From the NCBI GenBank assembly GCA_964016885.1, contig OZ024743.1:308388001-308452000 (forward strand): DNA of 64,000 nucleotides, read 5' to 3'. The notes under the pieces are model-generated. The model made no database searches and was not told the origin of the DNA. It worked only from the letters and a program-made list of their open reading frames with translations. Of the stretch, positions 23,905-36,463 are shown one piece after another. Numbering within the stretch: position 1 is the stretch's first letter; each line of letters opens with the position of its first letter. Position numbers and translations under genes: made by a program. Origin of the DNA: Eledone cirrhosa (Eukaryota).

Positions 23905-24215
23905 AATACAAGCAGCCAAAATGGGGGTTCCTCCAAAGGGTCTTTGGAGTAACATTACCAGGTAGAGCTGCTTCATCTTAGAATTGAAATATCACAGCTC
24001 AAATACCATGGGCATGTGGTTAGAATGTCTCAGGAAAGAATCACTAGACAGATTTTATGGGCAAAACCAACAGGCAGGAGTCCCAGGAGTAGAGTTGTAG
24101 CAAGATGGTAGGATAACATCTGTGAGCTTGGCTGGTCTTGTTTGGGGATCCAGCTGAATCACTTGGAAGAAGTTTTTGAGTACTGCCTCCACGATCCTCT
24201 CAAGAATAAGTGGGA
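23905..24215 (+). mobile_element. Expander/Rex3-like RTE 3' fragment
   Basis: acaagcagccaaaatgggggttcctccaaagg (QAAEMGFLRR-like); second copy at 30315-30695. Confidence 0.6.
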
Positions 24216-24261
24216 GGAGAAAAAGAAGAAAAGGAAAGAAAGAATAAAACAAAGTACTCAC

Positions 24262-24375
24262 TGCAAGTTCCATATTTAATGATGTATCCCTCTTGACATT
24301 TGCATTTCCTTTCAATACATTCTGAATGTCTATCTTCACATTTATCCCCTGCAGTACACATATCATCAAGGGACA
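24262..24375 (-). CDS. Exon encoding an EB/EGF-like 6-Cys module (LRP11-like gene)
   Basis: SLDDMCTAGDKCEDRHSECIERKCKCQEGYIIKYGTC; acceptor ttttctacttcag and donor gtgagt; 114 bp, phase 1-1, joins the LDLa exon in frame. Confidence 0.85.
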
Positions 24376-24814
24376 CTGAAGTAGAAAAAGTGTACAAAAC
24401 CATTTCAATTAAAATGAAACATTTTCGTTATCAGATTTTATTTAAAAAGAAATGCTGCCTATAGTTTTCAAATCATTTTGAAAATAATCAAGAATTTGGT
24501 AGGATTTAGAGCTTAAAAGTTCTTACGTAAAATTATGATGGAATGTTTTTAGATGAATATAAACAGTTCAGTATTGCAGAACCAATTCTTAAAAGCTTAA
24601 GTAGGCTATGAGGATAACCCATTCCATCAGACTAATCCAATAAAAATAATTCACCATCATTGTTTTCTGAAACACCATTGTAAATGTACAACAAATGTAA
24701 TTCTTGTTCTTTTACTGGTTTCAGCAATTGTACTGTGGCCATGCTTTCAGGATTTTCACTGACTATTTAGATAACAGTACTTTGTCTAGTATTTATTTTA
24801 TAACAATAAACACC

Positions 24815-25426
24815 TGAAGAAGGGTACCAAGATCAGAGTGTATAGAGTCATAGTCCTTACCACTCTCCTATATGGCTCAGTCATGGGTCACTTATCACCA
24901 CCACCTTCGACTCCACAAGCACTGCCTCCGCACCATCCTCAACATCCACTGGAGAGACTTTGTCACCAATGCTGAAGTCCTTGAACGGGCAGAGGTCACA
25001 TCTCCAGGATGAAGGATCATCACCTGCCCAGGATCATGCTGTACAGCAAACTCTCCACTGGCCATCGTGAGAGGCGGGGCACCAAGGAAACAATACAAGG
25101 ACTGTTTGAAAAAATCCCTTGGTGCCTGTCATATCGACCATCACCGGTGCTCCACCTTAGCTGAGAATCATGATGCCTGGTGTCTCAACATCAACCATGC
25201 TGTCTCAGCCTTTGAAAATACCCGCAAATCCACCCTCAAAGACAGAAGACACAGGAGAAAGAGCCACAACACCAGGTCATTAAATCCTGATCAGACCTTC
25301 AGGTACAGCCACTGTGGCTGTGTCTGCCTGCCCCGTATTGGCCTGAACGACCACGAGTGTGCCTCCAGTCAATGTTGACCACCCCCTTCATAATCTTCAT
25401 TTGCTAAGGCAAGCCATGATGATGAT
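24815..25426 (+). mobile_element. BovB-like RTE 3' fragment
   Basis: IRVYRVIVLTTLLYGS..CLRTILNIHWRDFVTNAEVLERA..RGGAPRKQYKD..C-terminal CG.VCL.RIGL..H; (GAT)n tail. Confidence 0.75.
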
Positions 25427-25894
25427 TTTTATAAACCTTGGTGGGAGGTGAAAGGTAAAATTGACCAGGGATAAGGGGAGACACCAATACAAAACTTGAA
25501 ATCACAAGGCATTTTGGCTGATGTACCCATTTGTTATGGAATAATGATACACACACACACATAGAGAAGGATCGAAAAATTCAGCAGAAAGGAGGAAGAG
25601 ATAGCAAGTCATGAAAAAGACCTGGCCTGATCTTTTACAGGTAAACTTTTTCCAGAGCGTTTATAAAAGGGTCTCTCATTATAAGTGATTGGAAAATGAT
25701 GGTGGGATGGTGACTGATAGATAGCTAGTGGTATTTGAGGTAGGTGTAGGGTTGATAGCGAATGTGGCGGGGATTGTGGTGGTGGTAACATTAAATATTG
25801 CGAAGGTCAAGGAAAACTCAGGGTTTGAAGGTCTTCACATAGAATGTTGTAATCAAGGAATTATTAAATTTTCGTTTATTATACACCCCCATTA

Positions 25895-26280
25895 TCAACT
25901 GAAGAGAAATGAAGCAACCATGCTCTGTTGGATGTGCAATGTAAGTGTGAGAGAGAAGCAGAGCTTGGACGAGTTGAAGAAGAAGTTGAGTTTAAGAGAA
26001 ATTCGAGGTAGTGAGCAGGAGAGAAGACTGCTTTTGTTTAGACATGTGATGCACATGGACAATAATAATTTGGTGAAGAAGTGCAAAGAAATGCGAGTGG
26101 AAAGAAGTCGCAGTAGAGGTAGACCAAGAAAGACCTGGGCAGAGGTTGTGAGAGCTGACCTAAATCACTGAAACTCACAGAGGTGATGGCAAAGGATTGT
26201 GACGGTTGGAGAGATAAGATGCTGAGAAGGACCCATCGAACCCATGCAAGTGTGGAAAAGCGGACATAAAAACGAAGATA
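25895..26280 (+). mobile_element. RTE 3' fragment
   Basis: RNEATMLCWMCNV..GRPRKTWAEVV; 3' end acccatgcaagtgtggaaaagcggac; sister copy at 39005-39465. Confidence 0.8.
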
Positions 26281-26789
26281 TGCCATTATGCTAGTTTATA
26301 TATAAGCATTAGCCAACTTGCTAAGTGAATGTGCTTCAATAAAGAGATTCAGTAAGATCAAAACAGGTCCATCACCACTGCATTGTCTTAAATTGTTCCA
26401 CAAAGCTTAGACCATATAGACTATACAAGTTCCCTCCCTTCTTTCGCTTTTATGAGGATAATCTCAGTTGATTGAAGAAGTTTTTTCCTTACAATATTCA
26501 GACTGCAAGACTCATACCATCATAGAGATATTAAATGATGAAGATGATATATATATATATATGTGTGTGTGTGTATATATACACACACAAACACACACTG
26601 TTGGGTAAACACAGTTTTTATCTACCAAATTCCACTCTCATGGTATTAGTCATCTCATGGCTATGTCTGTAGTAAATATAAACATTCTTCCCCAGAGAAG
26701 GCTTTAGTGTTTATTACAGTCCATGTATTTCGTCTTATGAGTAAATAATCAATTTGGCTTGTGTGTTCACCTAATTGATATGAAATTTG

Positions 26790-27960
26790 TGTTGCACATA
26801 ATGAAAATTATTGTGTACAGTGCCCAGGTGCACTACAACTTATCAAAGGTGCATGCATAGTACATAGAATAATGTACAAATATCAGGAAAGTGAACAGTG
26901 TGTGAATCATATACATACAGACACACATACATATGCGTGAGTGTGTAAGGAGGGGGAATATCAGATGTAGTGTTGAGGATTTCGGGAAGCATGGAAGTTT
27001 TGAAGGATGCAGTGTCCCGACAGCTAACAACTGATGCAGGTAGTTTGTTTTATGCTTCAACAACTCTAAGATTTGGGGAGATATTGCGATATAATAAACT
27101 TTCTCATTATTAAGCTGGTGTTTGGAACATAACTTAACAAAGGTTCTTACATAAAATTATGATGGAAGATTATTTTCATTTAGATAAATATAAAGGATAA
27201 AGATCCCATAACTCCTTGTGGAGTCATAGGGGCACTGTCATACGGCATGTCTAGGTCACTTTTAAACCCAGTGGAGCCCAACCCTCTCCAGGTCTGAACA
27301 CAGCCGACAACTAACAACTGATGCAGGTAGTTTGTTCCATGCTTCAGCAACTCTGAGCATGAAAAAATGTTTCCAAAAGTCATGGAAACTCTACTGTTTT
27401 CTGATTTTGTAAGCATGTCCATGGGTGTTAGACACATGGAATTCAGGTGCTCAGGGTTGTTGTTGGAAAGATGGTTAATAATCTTGTGCATGTCTATCAA
27501 GTCAGTTGCCAGATGTTGGAGCTTTAATGTGTCCATGCCCAGTGAAGCAAGGTGTTCAGAGTATAGCAGATGCCTGATGGAGGGTATTCGTTTGTTTGCA
27601 CATTTCTGAACAATTTCTATGAAATCAATATTCCGAGCAAGATAGAGGTTACAGACTGGTGATGCAAATTCTAAGTGTGAACGCACCATACAGCTTTAAA
27701 TAGATAGCTGGAGAGTGGCTGACAAATGTCTTACTGACTGATTCTAAGACACCCTTGGCCAATTTTAAAGATGTGCTTTATCCAACACAAATTGCTGTTG
27801 GTAATAATGCCCAGGTCATGTTCACAAGAAGGCTTCTTGAGATAGGTGTTGTGGAGGGAGTATGTGAACGCTGGGTTTTTTTCTCCCAAAATGCATGGTA
27901 GTATACTTGTCCACAGCCAGCTTGAGTTGCCAATCCATAATCCATTGCTGCATTGTGTCC
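26790..27960 (-). mobile_element. CR1/L2-group LINE 3' fragment, interrupted by a duplicated segment
   Basis: VRSHLEFASPV..IEIVQK.A.K.IPSIRHL.YSE.L..LG..DLIDMHKII, with upstream EHDLGII. Confidence 0.75.
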
Positions 27961-27964
27961 AGGT

Positions 27965-28520
27965 CTGATTGCAATGGTTAGCTCATTTGTGTCACAGAAT
28001 TGCAGGAGCCTCAATCCCTCTTCTTGAGCCATAACCATAGCCACCATGAACTCCATAGAATATGTCCTGGTACTGTCCCATATGTCCATTAAAGTCGCCT
28101 GCCAGGCTGATGAGATCTCTTTCATCAGTCCCTGAAGTTGTCTGTAAAAGTTCCTTATAGAACCTGTCCTTTTGGACTTTACTTAGCCCTGCCTGTGGAG
28201 CATAGGTAGATGTAATTGTCACCATTCTAAGCTTGATGATTTTGTCACTTACTCTAACTACCTCTATCACCTTATCTACCCACTTCTCAGCTAGTAAAAT
28301 GCCTACACCTCCTACTCCATCATCATTTCCTACACAGTAGAGTTTATATCTCTGTTGTTTGCCTGTGATTAGTCTTGCAGAGCCACCCCTCCACCTCACT
28401 TCTTGTATACAGCATACATCTACTTTTCTTCTCTCTAACAGTTCCACAAGTTAACCTGATTTACCTTTCAGGGTGCCAATATTGAGAGTGGCAAACCTGA
28501 GATTTGTCCCTTGACAGTTG
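27965..28520 (-). mobile_element. RTE APE endonuclease fragment
   Basis: DVCCIQEVRWRG..GVGILLAEKW..YAPQAG..AGDFNGHMG, homologous to the 4234 ORF. Confidence 0.85.
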
Positions 28521-29069
28521 CTGTTATTTCCTTGGGTTTTATGTACCTGAGATGGAAAAAGGCAGTGTGATTGCTTGATGATGGTCGACGGGTTCTCAAA
28601 ACTCTATCTACTCCACTGCCGTGCACAGCACTAACATGACTAGTGCTAGCCCTGTATATGCAATTAGTGAAAATCATGTTTGTGCTTGTCATATTTTTGG
28701 CAGGGTTTTTCTGGCTAGATGCCCTTCCTATCACTAACCACTGGGTGCATTATTCGTGTCACCAGCACTCGAGAGATTGTCTTACTAGACTAATGAGTCC
28801 TCTTCCCCCTATATCAGTTTTTTATTTGGAGTACCTACTCTCCTAAATGGGGTGCCTTCACTATGACTTACAGTGTCTGCGCCTGCCCCGTGCAGTCATT
28901 TTTAGTTTTATCTTTTCATATATATTTATATGCATGGTGTATGTAATATATATATATATACACTACAACCACCCACCACACTTTCCACACTCCTGATACA
29001 CCTCACCTGTCAAAACCATGTATGCATGCTTAGAAAATCGAACACATTCCACACCTGCTCTCTCACATG

Positions 29070-29432
29070 GCTGGTGTCACAAACAAAAGCACCCAATCCT
29101 CTTTGTATGGCGATAGTACTGGTGCACCAATAAAAGCACCCAGTCCACCATGTAAGGTGGTCATGCTGGTGCAACAACAAAAAAGTACCCAGCCCACCCT
29201 ATAAAATGGTCATACTGGTGTCACAACAAAAAATACTCAGTTCACCCTATAAAGTGGTAGTGATGGTTTCACCATAAAAGCTCCCAGTACACACTGTAAA
29301 TGTGGTTGGCATTAGTAAAAACATCTAGCCATAGAAATGAACCCAAAAGATGTCATCACCTGACCTGACTAGCCTCATAATGTAACAACCCATGCAAGCA
29401 TGGAAAATAGACATTAAACAGTGATAATGATG
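29070..29432 (+). mobile_element. RTE 3' UTR with about 5 tandem ~45-50 bp subrepeats
   Basis: Repeated ggtg..caa..aaaagcacccag..cac..tgtaaagtgg, as at 7460-7610; ends aacccatgcaagcatggaaaa..gtgataatgatg. Confidence 0.7.
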
Positions 29433-29862
29433 TATGTGTGCATGCAAATATGAGTGTGTGTGTATTTATGCATATATAAGCACACACATGTATGTACATA
29501 TGTGTGTGTCAGTGTCTGAGTCTGTGTTTATGTTTACTGTTTGTTTATAATTAATTTAGTGGTCTGACAAAAAGGAAATCAATGATATAAGTACCAAACT
29601 TGAACAAATAAGTACTGGGGTTGATATGTTTGACTAAATCTCTTCAAAGGTGGTGCCCCAGCATGGCCATAGTCTCATAACTAAAACCAGTAAAAGAATG
29701 AAAGATTAAAAATATATAATTTACAAATAAACCTATGGTTATCTAAAAATAAGTAGTGGAGTTGATATGTTTGACTTTCAAGGTGGTGCCCCAGCATGGC
29801 CACAGTCTAAAGACGAAATGCAGTCAACAATTTTTTTTAAATAACAATAAACGTTTGGTTAC

Positions 29863-30148
29863 CTATTTTTGTTCTTTTTTTCAAAGTAGTAGGCTAAACT
29901 GTGTGTGGTGTAGTGGTAGTGATTATGGTACTCTTCTGTGTTCTCTTTACCTCCTCAGAATTGTCTTTCGAAGAACCATCTTGATTGTCAAGACCTGCTA
30001 GTTCACTCTCATGCTTGATTGCAAGGTGTGTATGAGAATCCATCTTATGGCTTTCTGGGTGAAAACTCATAGAGATATAGCTGTTGTGTGGGGCAAACAC
30101 ACAAACGTTTGACTGGCCACAGTCAAACAGATAGCAGCTGTAATCCTT
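29863..30148 (-). CDS. Exon encoding the MANSC C-terminal half plus Thr-rich linker (LRP11-like gene); contains an in-frame TAG
   Basis: KDYSCYLFDCGQSNVCVFAPHNSY (MANSC-like CYLFxC..CxF..H..Y); acceptor ttttcag (phase 0); donor AG|gtaacc (phase 1), compatible with the EB exon; TAG at 29894-29896. Confidence 0.75.
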
Positions 30149-30314
30149 CTGAAAAGTATAGAGGAAAGAAAAATATATTGAAAGGGATTCAACAAATTTC
30201 AATTAAATTATATTTGCAATATGAAAAAGAAAAAGATATGAAAGTAAGGAGATATTTATTCCATCCCATACCTATGGTCATGAATCTTGGGTAATGACCA
30301 AAAGAATATAATTG

Positions 30315-30695
30315 CAAATACAAGCAGCCGAAATGGGGTTCCTCCGAAGGGTCTTTGGAGCAATGCTACTCAATAGAGTGCATAGCTTAGAGATCAGAGT
30401 TACTCAAGGTAGAGCTGCTACTTCTCTGAATTGAGAGATCACAGCTGCGATATTATGGGCATGTGGTTAAAATGTCTCAGGAAAGAATTGCTGGACAGAT
30501 TTTATGGGCAAAACCAACTGGCAGGAGACCCAAAGGTAGATGCTGAGCAAGATGGTTGGATAATATCCATGAGCTTGGCTGGCCTTGTTTGGAAATCCAG
30601 CCAGATCAGTTGGAAACAGTTGCTTCTAACAGAACCTGCTGGAAAGAGTGTTTGAGGACTCTGATCACACAACCCTCTGAGGAATAAGTGGGTAA
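30315..30695 (+). mobile_element. Expander/Rex3-like RTE 3' fragment
   Basis: caagcagccgaaatggggttcctccgaagggtc; homologous to 23905-24215. Confidence 0.6.
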
Positions 30696-31464
30696 AGAAG
30701 GAGGAGGAGTGGAGGGCACAGCAGACTTTCCACCCTAGTCTAGGCAGTGTATCTTGGCTATGCTCCATGGACAAAATGGCAAAAGCATTGCAGTGAGGAA
30801 TAGCCAACAACACCTGCAGTATCAACCACTCCACTTCATGGGGGTCCTGCTTTAGATAGGATGCACTCCTCCCATAGGAAAATGGCAATTTGTCGACTGA
30901 GGACACAGGTTTTGATGGTGACAGTCACAAAAAGGAAACAGTTAGTATTTGGCTATCTTCCAATTAGCAGTGCCTGGGTTTGTAGCTGAAGCAACAAGGT
31001 TGGAGGTGAAGAACATATCGCAGTATGTGGCATCGCATATTAGAGATGTACCCACCTCGAACAGGAAAAGGGTTATCCCATCTGGGTAGACACAGGGCTA
31101 GCAGGCTCCAGTTATAATAGTAAACTGGCCCTGTTGATTATTTAAAGATTTGAGAAAATATTTATAGAATACCAGGACTTATCAACAAACTATTTTTTTT
31201 AGCCTGTGATGTTCGGGAGCTGCAGATAACAAGGTTCTTGTAATTGATCATGGCTTGCCTTATTAACATATCAAGTGAGGCTCATGAAGATACTTGGTTA
31301 TTCCAGTGCCTTAACCTTGTTATTACCTGCAGCAAAGGCTTGCCTCAAACATTATTAGAGGAAAACTTCAGTGTTCTGTTCTGGTATGTAGTTGTTTTCT
31401 TTTTCTGCTTTTTTGTGTTCTTTCTTTTTCAATTTTTTTATGAATTATGTAAATTAAATTTTAA

Positions 31465-31711
31465 CCCTTGAGCATATAAACAGGCTATATCTGGCCAGAA
31501 TTCTCTGTTCAAATTGGCTGTAACTGGCCAAAGTTCTCTTACCTCTCTCTGTTCAAACAAGCCATAACCGGTTGTTCATACTGCCGTTAAGGTATTGTTC
31601 TCAAAATAGATAACAACACCATCAAAATCTCGTAGATTTGATACTATATGAGATAAAGCCTTTACCATGGAAATACAATAGTAAATATAGAGTAATATAA
31701 ATACTAAAGGG
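31465..31711 (+). mobile_element. piggyBac-like MITE family A
   Basis: TTAA|CCCTTGAGCAT ... ATACTAAAGGG|TTAA, with a short internal duplication. Confidence 0.8.
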
Positions 31712-31860
31712 TTAAAGAATTTTAAAGCACCATGTTTTGAATAAAATTAAGATTGTACATAGAAAACCATATAATGCAAATTTTTCTTTACCTTTTTTTT
31801 TTTTTATAAAATAATTTTTTTATTTACAGTAATAATAATTATTTCTACTTTACAGTAATA

Positions 31861-32260
31861 ATTGTTTCTACTTTTGGCACAAGGCCAGCAATAACCCAGT
31901 GCATTACTGGTACTTTATTTTATCGACCCCGTAAGGATGAAAGGCAAAGTTAACCTCAACGGGATTTGAACTCAGAATGGCAAGGGCCGTAACTCTTTGC
32001 ATCAAAGCATGGCATCCGACCCTCTACCGATACTGCCAATCCACCACCCTACTTTACAGTAATAATAATAATAATTGTTTCTACTTTAGGCACAAGGCCA
32101 GCAATTACTCAGTGCATTACTGGTACTTTATTTTATCGACCCCGTAAGGATGAAAGGCAAAGTCAACCTCGGCGGGATTTGAACTCAGATCGTAAAGGGA
32201 CGTAACTATGCTGGAAAGCATGGCGTCCGACCCTCTACCGATACTGCCAATCCACCGCCC
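31861..32260 (-). mobile_element. SINE tandem dimer (inverted relative to 262-620)
   Basis: Both unit variants are present, in the same order as at 262-620. Confidence 0.8.
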
Positions 32261-32573
32261 TATAATAATTGTAATAATAATAATAATTATTTCTTCTTTT
32301 GGCACAAGACCAGCAATTATCTCAGTGTATTACTGGTAATGGCAACAATAATAAAAAAGGAAAGGAAACAAAAGAATAGGAAAATATAGAGAAAAAAAAA
32401 AAGAAAGAAAAAAATGATTAGGAAGTGGAGGGGGTGGCAAGAACTCTGGTTGGGGCAGAAGGGCTGCGCCCCGCAGACAAAACCACCAAAGTATTCCCAT
32501 GGAATTATTCATAGAAATTTGAAATGAAAATAAGAGCCACACGTTAATGTTATGTTACAAATACCATCAAAAT

Positions 32574-35529
32574 CAGTGGTTCTCAACCGGGGTCCATGTA
32601 ATATTCCTGGAGGTCCACAGGCAAAAAATCACAAATTGGGGGTCCACAATGATATTTTGGTGGTCCATGGAGCAATTCCACTTCAGAACGGTTGTTATTA
32701 CTAAAAATAAAATTTCTACTGTAATTTACACCATATTGAAATAAAGAGAATATATATGAATGATTCTTCCTAACTTTATTTCTTTTGTATTTCCTTTTGA
32801 CCTAGCTACTCACCCATCGGTCAGTGGCAAGAACAAACGAAGGTGAAAATCTCTTATCTTTTCTCAGGGAGCAGGTGGCGACCTTTGATGTTTATTTTTA
32901 GGGCAAATATCTACCTTCCTTAGCGCGGTCGCTGACCTTTGATCGGCAATGAAAAAGGTCAAAGAGACCGCACTTATCGAGGAAGGATTAACGGCATTAA
33001 CATCTTCAGTAGCAGGGATGATTTCCGGTACTACTATTAACTCTCAGTGCCTATAAAAATCAACATGACCCAAGCAGTTCACTTCAGTTTTATGTTGAAC
33101 TCCGTGCTTCAATATTAAAATCTTTTATCCAATTTGAAAGATTGTAGGAAGAAAATGGCTAAAATTTCCTTTTTAATACAAATTTGAAACTTCAATTTAT
33201 AACTTTGTATTTATCTGATATATATATATAAGTTTTGAGAAATATAAAAATATCATGGTGATCATAATGGAATAAATTTGATAACAATAATTAACGACTT
33301 ACAGAGATGTCTTTTTTTTTTATTATTTAAGTTATTTTAACTCCTAACATTTTTATTTACCTTGACCATATTTTATGTAAATATGTTTTATTTGTTGCAA
33401 AATATCTTTTAATTTTTTAACAATTTTATATTTCTTAACAAAAACCTGTAATATATGTTGCAACAGCTATATATAATTATTAATTTTTTTTTACAGACAA
33501 CCCATGGCTGCTCCAAGTAAGAAGTGCTGACAGTATTCTGTTGAATATTTGTCTTACAGATTTATTCCATCACCACATAATAAAATGAAACCAATGTACC
33601 TCATATGTATGGATGTACTTTCAAATGATAGCATGAAACCTTGTAAACTAAAAATCCATCTAGAAACGAAGCACAAAAGAAAGGAAAATCAACTAGTAGA
33701 ATACTTTAAAAAACTTTGTGATGATTTTCAAGTGTTTAAAAAAAAAGTGAGTAAAATGAGTGATGGTTTACTAGCATCTTATGAAATTAGCAAGATAATA
33801 GCTAAGGCTGGAAAACCCCATAATATTGGTGAAACAGTAATTTTACTGGCTTTGTCTGTTATAATTTCATCAGTTATGAAACAAAATCCAAGTGAAATTA
33901 CTAATTCCATCACTTTAAGCAACTCTTCTGTGTCAAGGTGCATTGATGAAATGGCAGAGAATGTAGAAAAACAATTAATAGCTAATTTGCAAGTAAAACA
34001 GTTTGCCCTTCAACTTGATGAATGAAGCCATTCTATTAGCATATGTGAGATTTAAAGATGATAAAGGACCCAGAGAGGAAATGCTCTTTGCTAGAAGTCT
34101 TAGGACAAAAGGTGAAACAATTTTTAATGAAGTTGCTACTTATTTCAAGGAAAACAATATTCAACTCAAAAATATAATTGCATGTGCTACTGATGGTACA
34201 CCATCCATGGCAGATACAAAGGTTTTATTGCAAATTTGAAAAAAGCTGTTTCTGAAGTATTTGGATTCACTGTGTGATACACCATCAACACTTAGTTGCA
34301 AAGAAATTAAGTGGACGTCTGCATGATGCCCTTGCTGTTGTGATAAAAGTGGTTAACCATATTAAATCGAATTCTCTCCGAGACCGCCTTTTTCGTAAAT
34401 TCTGTAATCAAAATGGAGAAGAGTTTGCGCACATTGTATTACATACTGAGGTGAGGTGGCTTTCAAAGGGGAATTGTCTTCAAGGTTTTATTGCACTTTG
34501 GGATTCTATTGTCTCATTTCTTGCTAACACCCAGCTTGGAGAACAACTGCTTGCAACTAAATGTGATGTATTTTACTTATCAGATATATTTGAAAAATTA
34601 AATTTACTTAATAAACAGCTCCAACGAAAAGATTCTGATCTCATATCTAGTAAAGTGCTATTACTGCTTTTCTGAGAAAACTACAGTTGTACAAAAATAA
34701 TATCAGGTGTCGTGCATTTGAACAGTTTCCTTGTTTGGCCTCGATTAGCAGCGATTTCCACGATGAAGACCTTGTATTATATAGTGAATATTTAGAAAAT
34801 ATGCACGAAGATATGCAAACTCGGTTTAGTGACCTACTCATGATGGATATACCAACTTGGGTGACAATTCCTTTCAAAGTTAATGTTGCCGATAGAGACA
34901 TTTCTTTGCAGGAGCCCCTCATTAAATTACAAAGTGATGAAATAATACACGCAAAATACAAAGATGGGAAGTATAATATATGGAAAACAAATGATATTGC
35001 TACAAAGTACCCATTACTCTGGGATAAAGCACGGCTCTAAGTTATTGCCTTTCCATCATCTTACCTGGTTGAATCAGGATTTAGTCGTGTTTCTCAATTG
35101 TTATCAAAAGTTCGCAATAGACTTGACATTGTGAAAAAAGGTGATCTTCGATTATCATTAACATCGATGGAACCAGATATAAAGAAACTTGCTGAGCAGC
35201 ATCAACCACAGGGATCTCATTGAATAAATCTGCATTTTTTTTTTCTAATCCCACACTTATCTTAAAATGGTTTATTGTGAATTATTTACCAGTGTGCATA
35301 AATGCTCCATAGAGTTTAATTGTAGAATAATTTATTTGCATTAAATTAGTTTTCATTCAAAATAAAGCATAATCAGTTACTATTTCTTTGATTATTAATA
35401 TAATCCCTTTACTTTTTATTAGTGAAAAATAGAATAAGCTTTTCTTTTGTTGAATAGCTATGAAGAGGTCCCCCCCCCCCAAAAATAAGGGAAAAGGGGT
35501 CCATGAGTAAAAAAGGTTGAGAACCACTG
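32574..35529 (+). mobile_element. Full-length hAT DNA transposon (Charlie/Buster type)
   Basis: Perfect 15-bp TIRs CAGTGGTTCTCAACC / GGTTGAGAACCACTG; 8-bp TSD ATCAAAAT vs ATCTAAAT (7/8); internal transposase. Confidence 0.93.
33504..35223 (+). pseudogene. hAT transposase (ZBED5/SCAND3/ZBED8-like), with stops and frameshifts
   Basis: BED-like LIC..LSNDSMKP.KL..HL..KH, KPHNIGE, FALQLDE, CATDG, HCVIH, HTEVRWLSKG, FPSSYLVESGFS, terminal QPQGSH*; TGA at codon 9. Confidence 0.9.
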
Positions 35530-36252
35530 ATCTAAATGAAAAATAATAAATTAAGTAAATACCTCCAAATTTTTCATTAATTAATTAGAATATAGTGCAT
35601 GGAATATGGTAATGAAAAGGTTAAACTCCTATTTTATGGCTTGGAGATCTATAGAATAATAAACAAGAAGAACCAAGCCCTCATGGACACTTACCTACAT
35701 GCTAAATTCCTCACTGAATTTGTTGCTAATTCTTACCTTTCTGATGGCATCCTGTTTTCACATGCCATTAATCTAGACCTAGTTTTTTTGTTTTGTTGTT
35801 TTTTTTGTCAGCCACAAGACTTCAGAGTATGGTAACCTGTCAAAGGCTTTATCATTGGATCTCGTTTGATTACAATGACAAGTGATCTAGTTGTTCAATT
35901 AATGGAACAACCTACTCAGAAAATTAACATGCAAGTGGCTGAATATTCCACAGAAACATGTACCCTTAACATAGTTCGGAGGGACATTCAATATGACAGA
36001 ATATGTGACAAGGACGACTCTTTGAATAACCGATCATCTCCAGTTCCAAATAGGCGAAGGAGGCTGGAATAAGCTGGGGGCTTAGAAATTCGATAATATT
36101 TCTAGGTCGTCTCCATTAATTTAGTGGTTTAGTTTACACACTGAAACTCCAAACCCATACTATTTATTTTATAACATATGAGATTTTTAATCATGTACAT
36201 TTTTTTAATGTATAAAGAAAAATTTTGCTGGAGATAGATTAGTAAAATTTAA

Positions 36253-36463
36253 CCCTTTAGCATTTAAACCAGCTGTATCCGGCCAGAATTCTCTCACCTC
36301 TTTCTGTTCAAACCTACCGTAACTGGCCACTAATACCAATGTTAAGGTATTATTCTCAAAATATATAACATCATCAAAATCTTGTAGCTTTGATATTATG
36401 TGAGATACAGCCTTTACTGTGAAAATACAATAGTAAATATAGAGTAATGTAAATGCTAAAGGA
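36253..36463 (+). mobile_element. piggyBac-like MITE family A nested in an older MITE
   Basis: TTAA|CCCTTTAGCATTTA ... TAAATGCTAAAGGA|TTAA; the flanks match 17020-17341. Confidence 0.85.

Noticed and set aside
33504-35223. Domesticated ZBED5/SCAND3-like host gene
   Set aside because: Multiple stops and frameshifts together with intact TIRs and TSD indicate a dead transposon copy.
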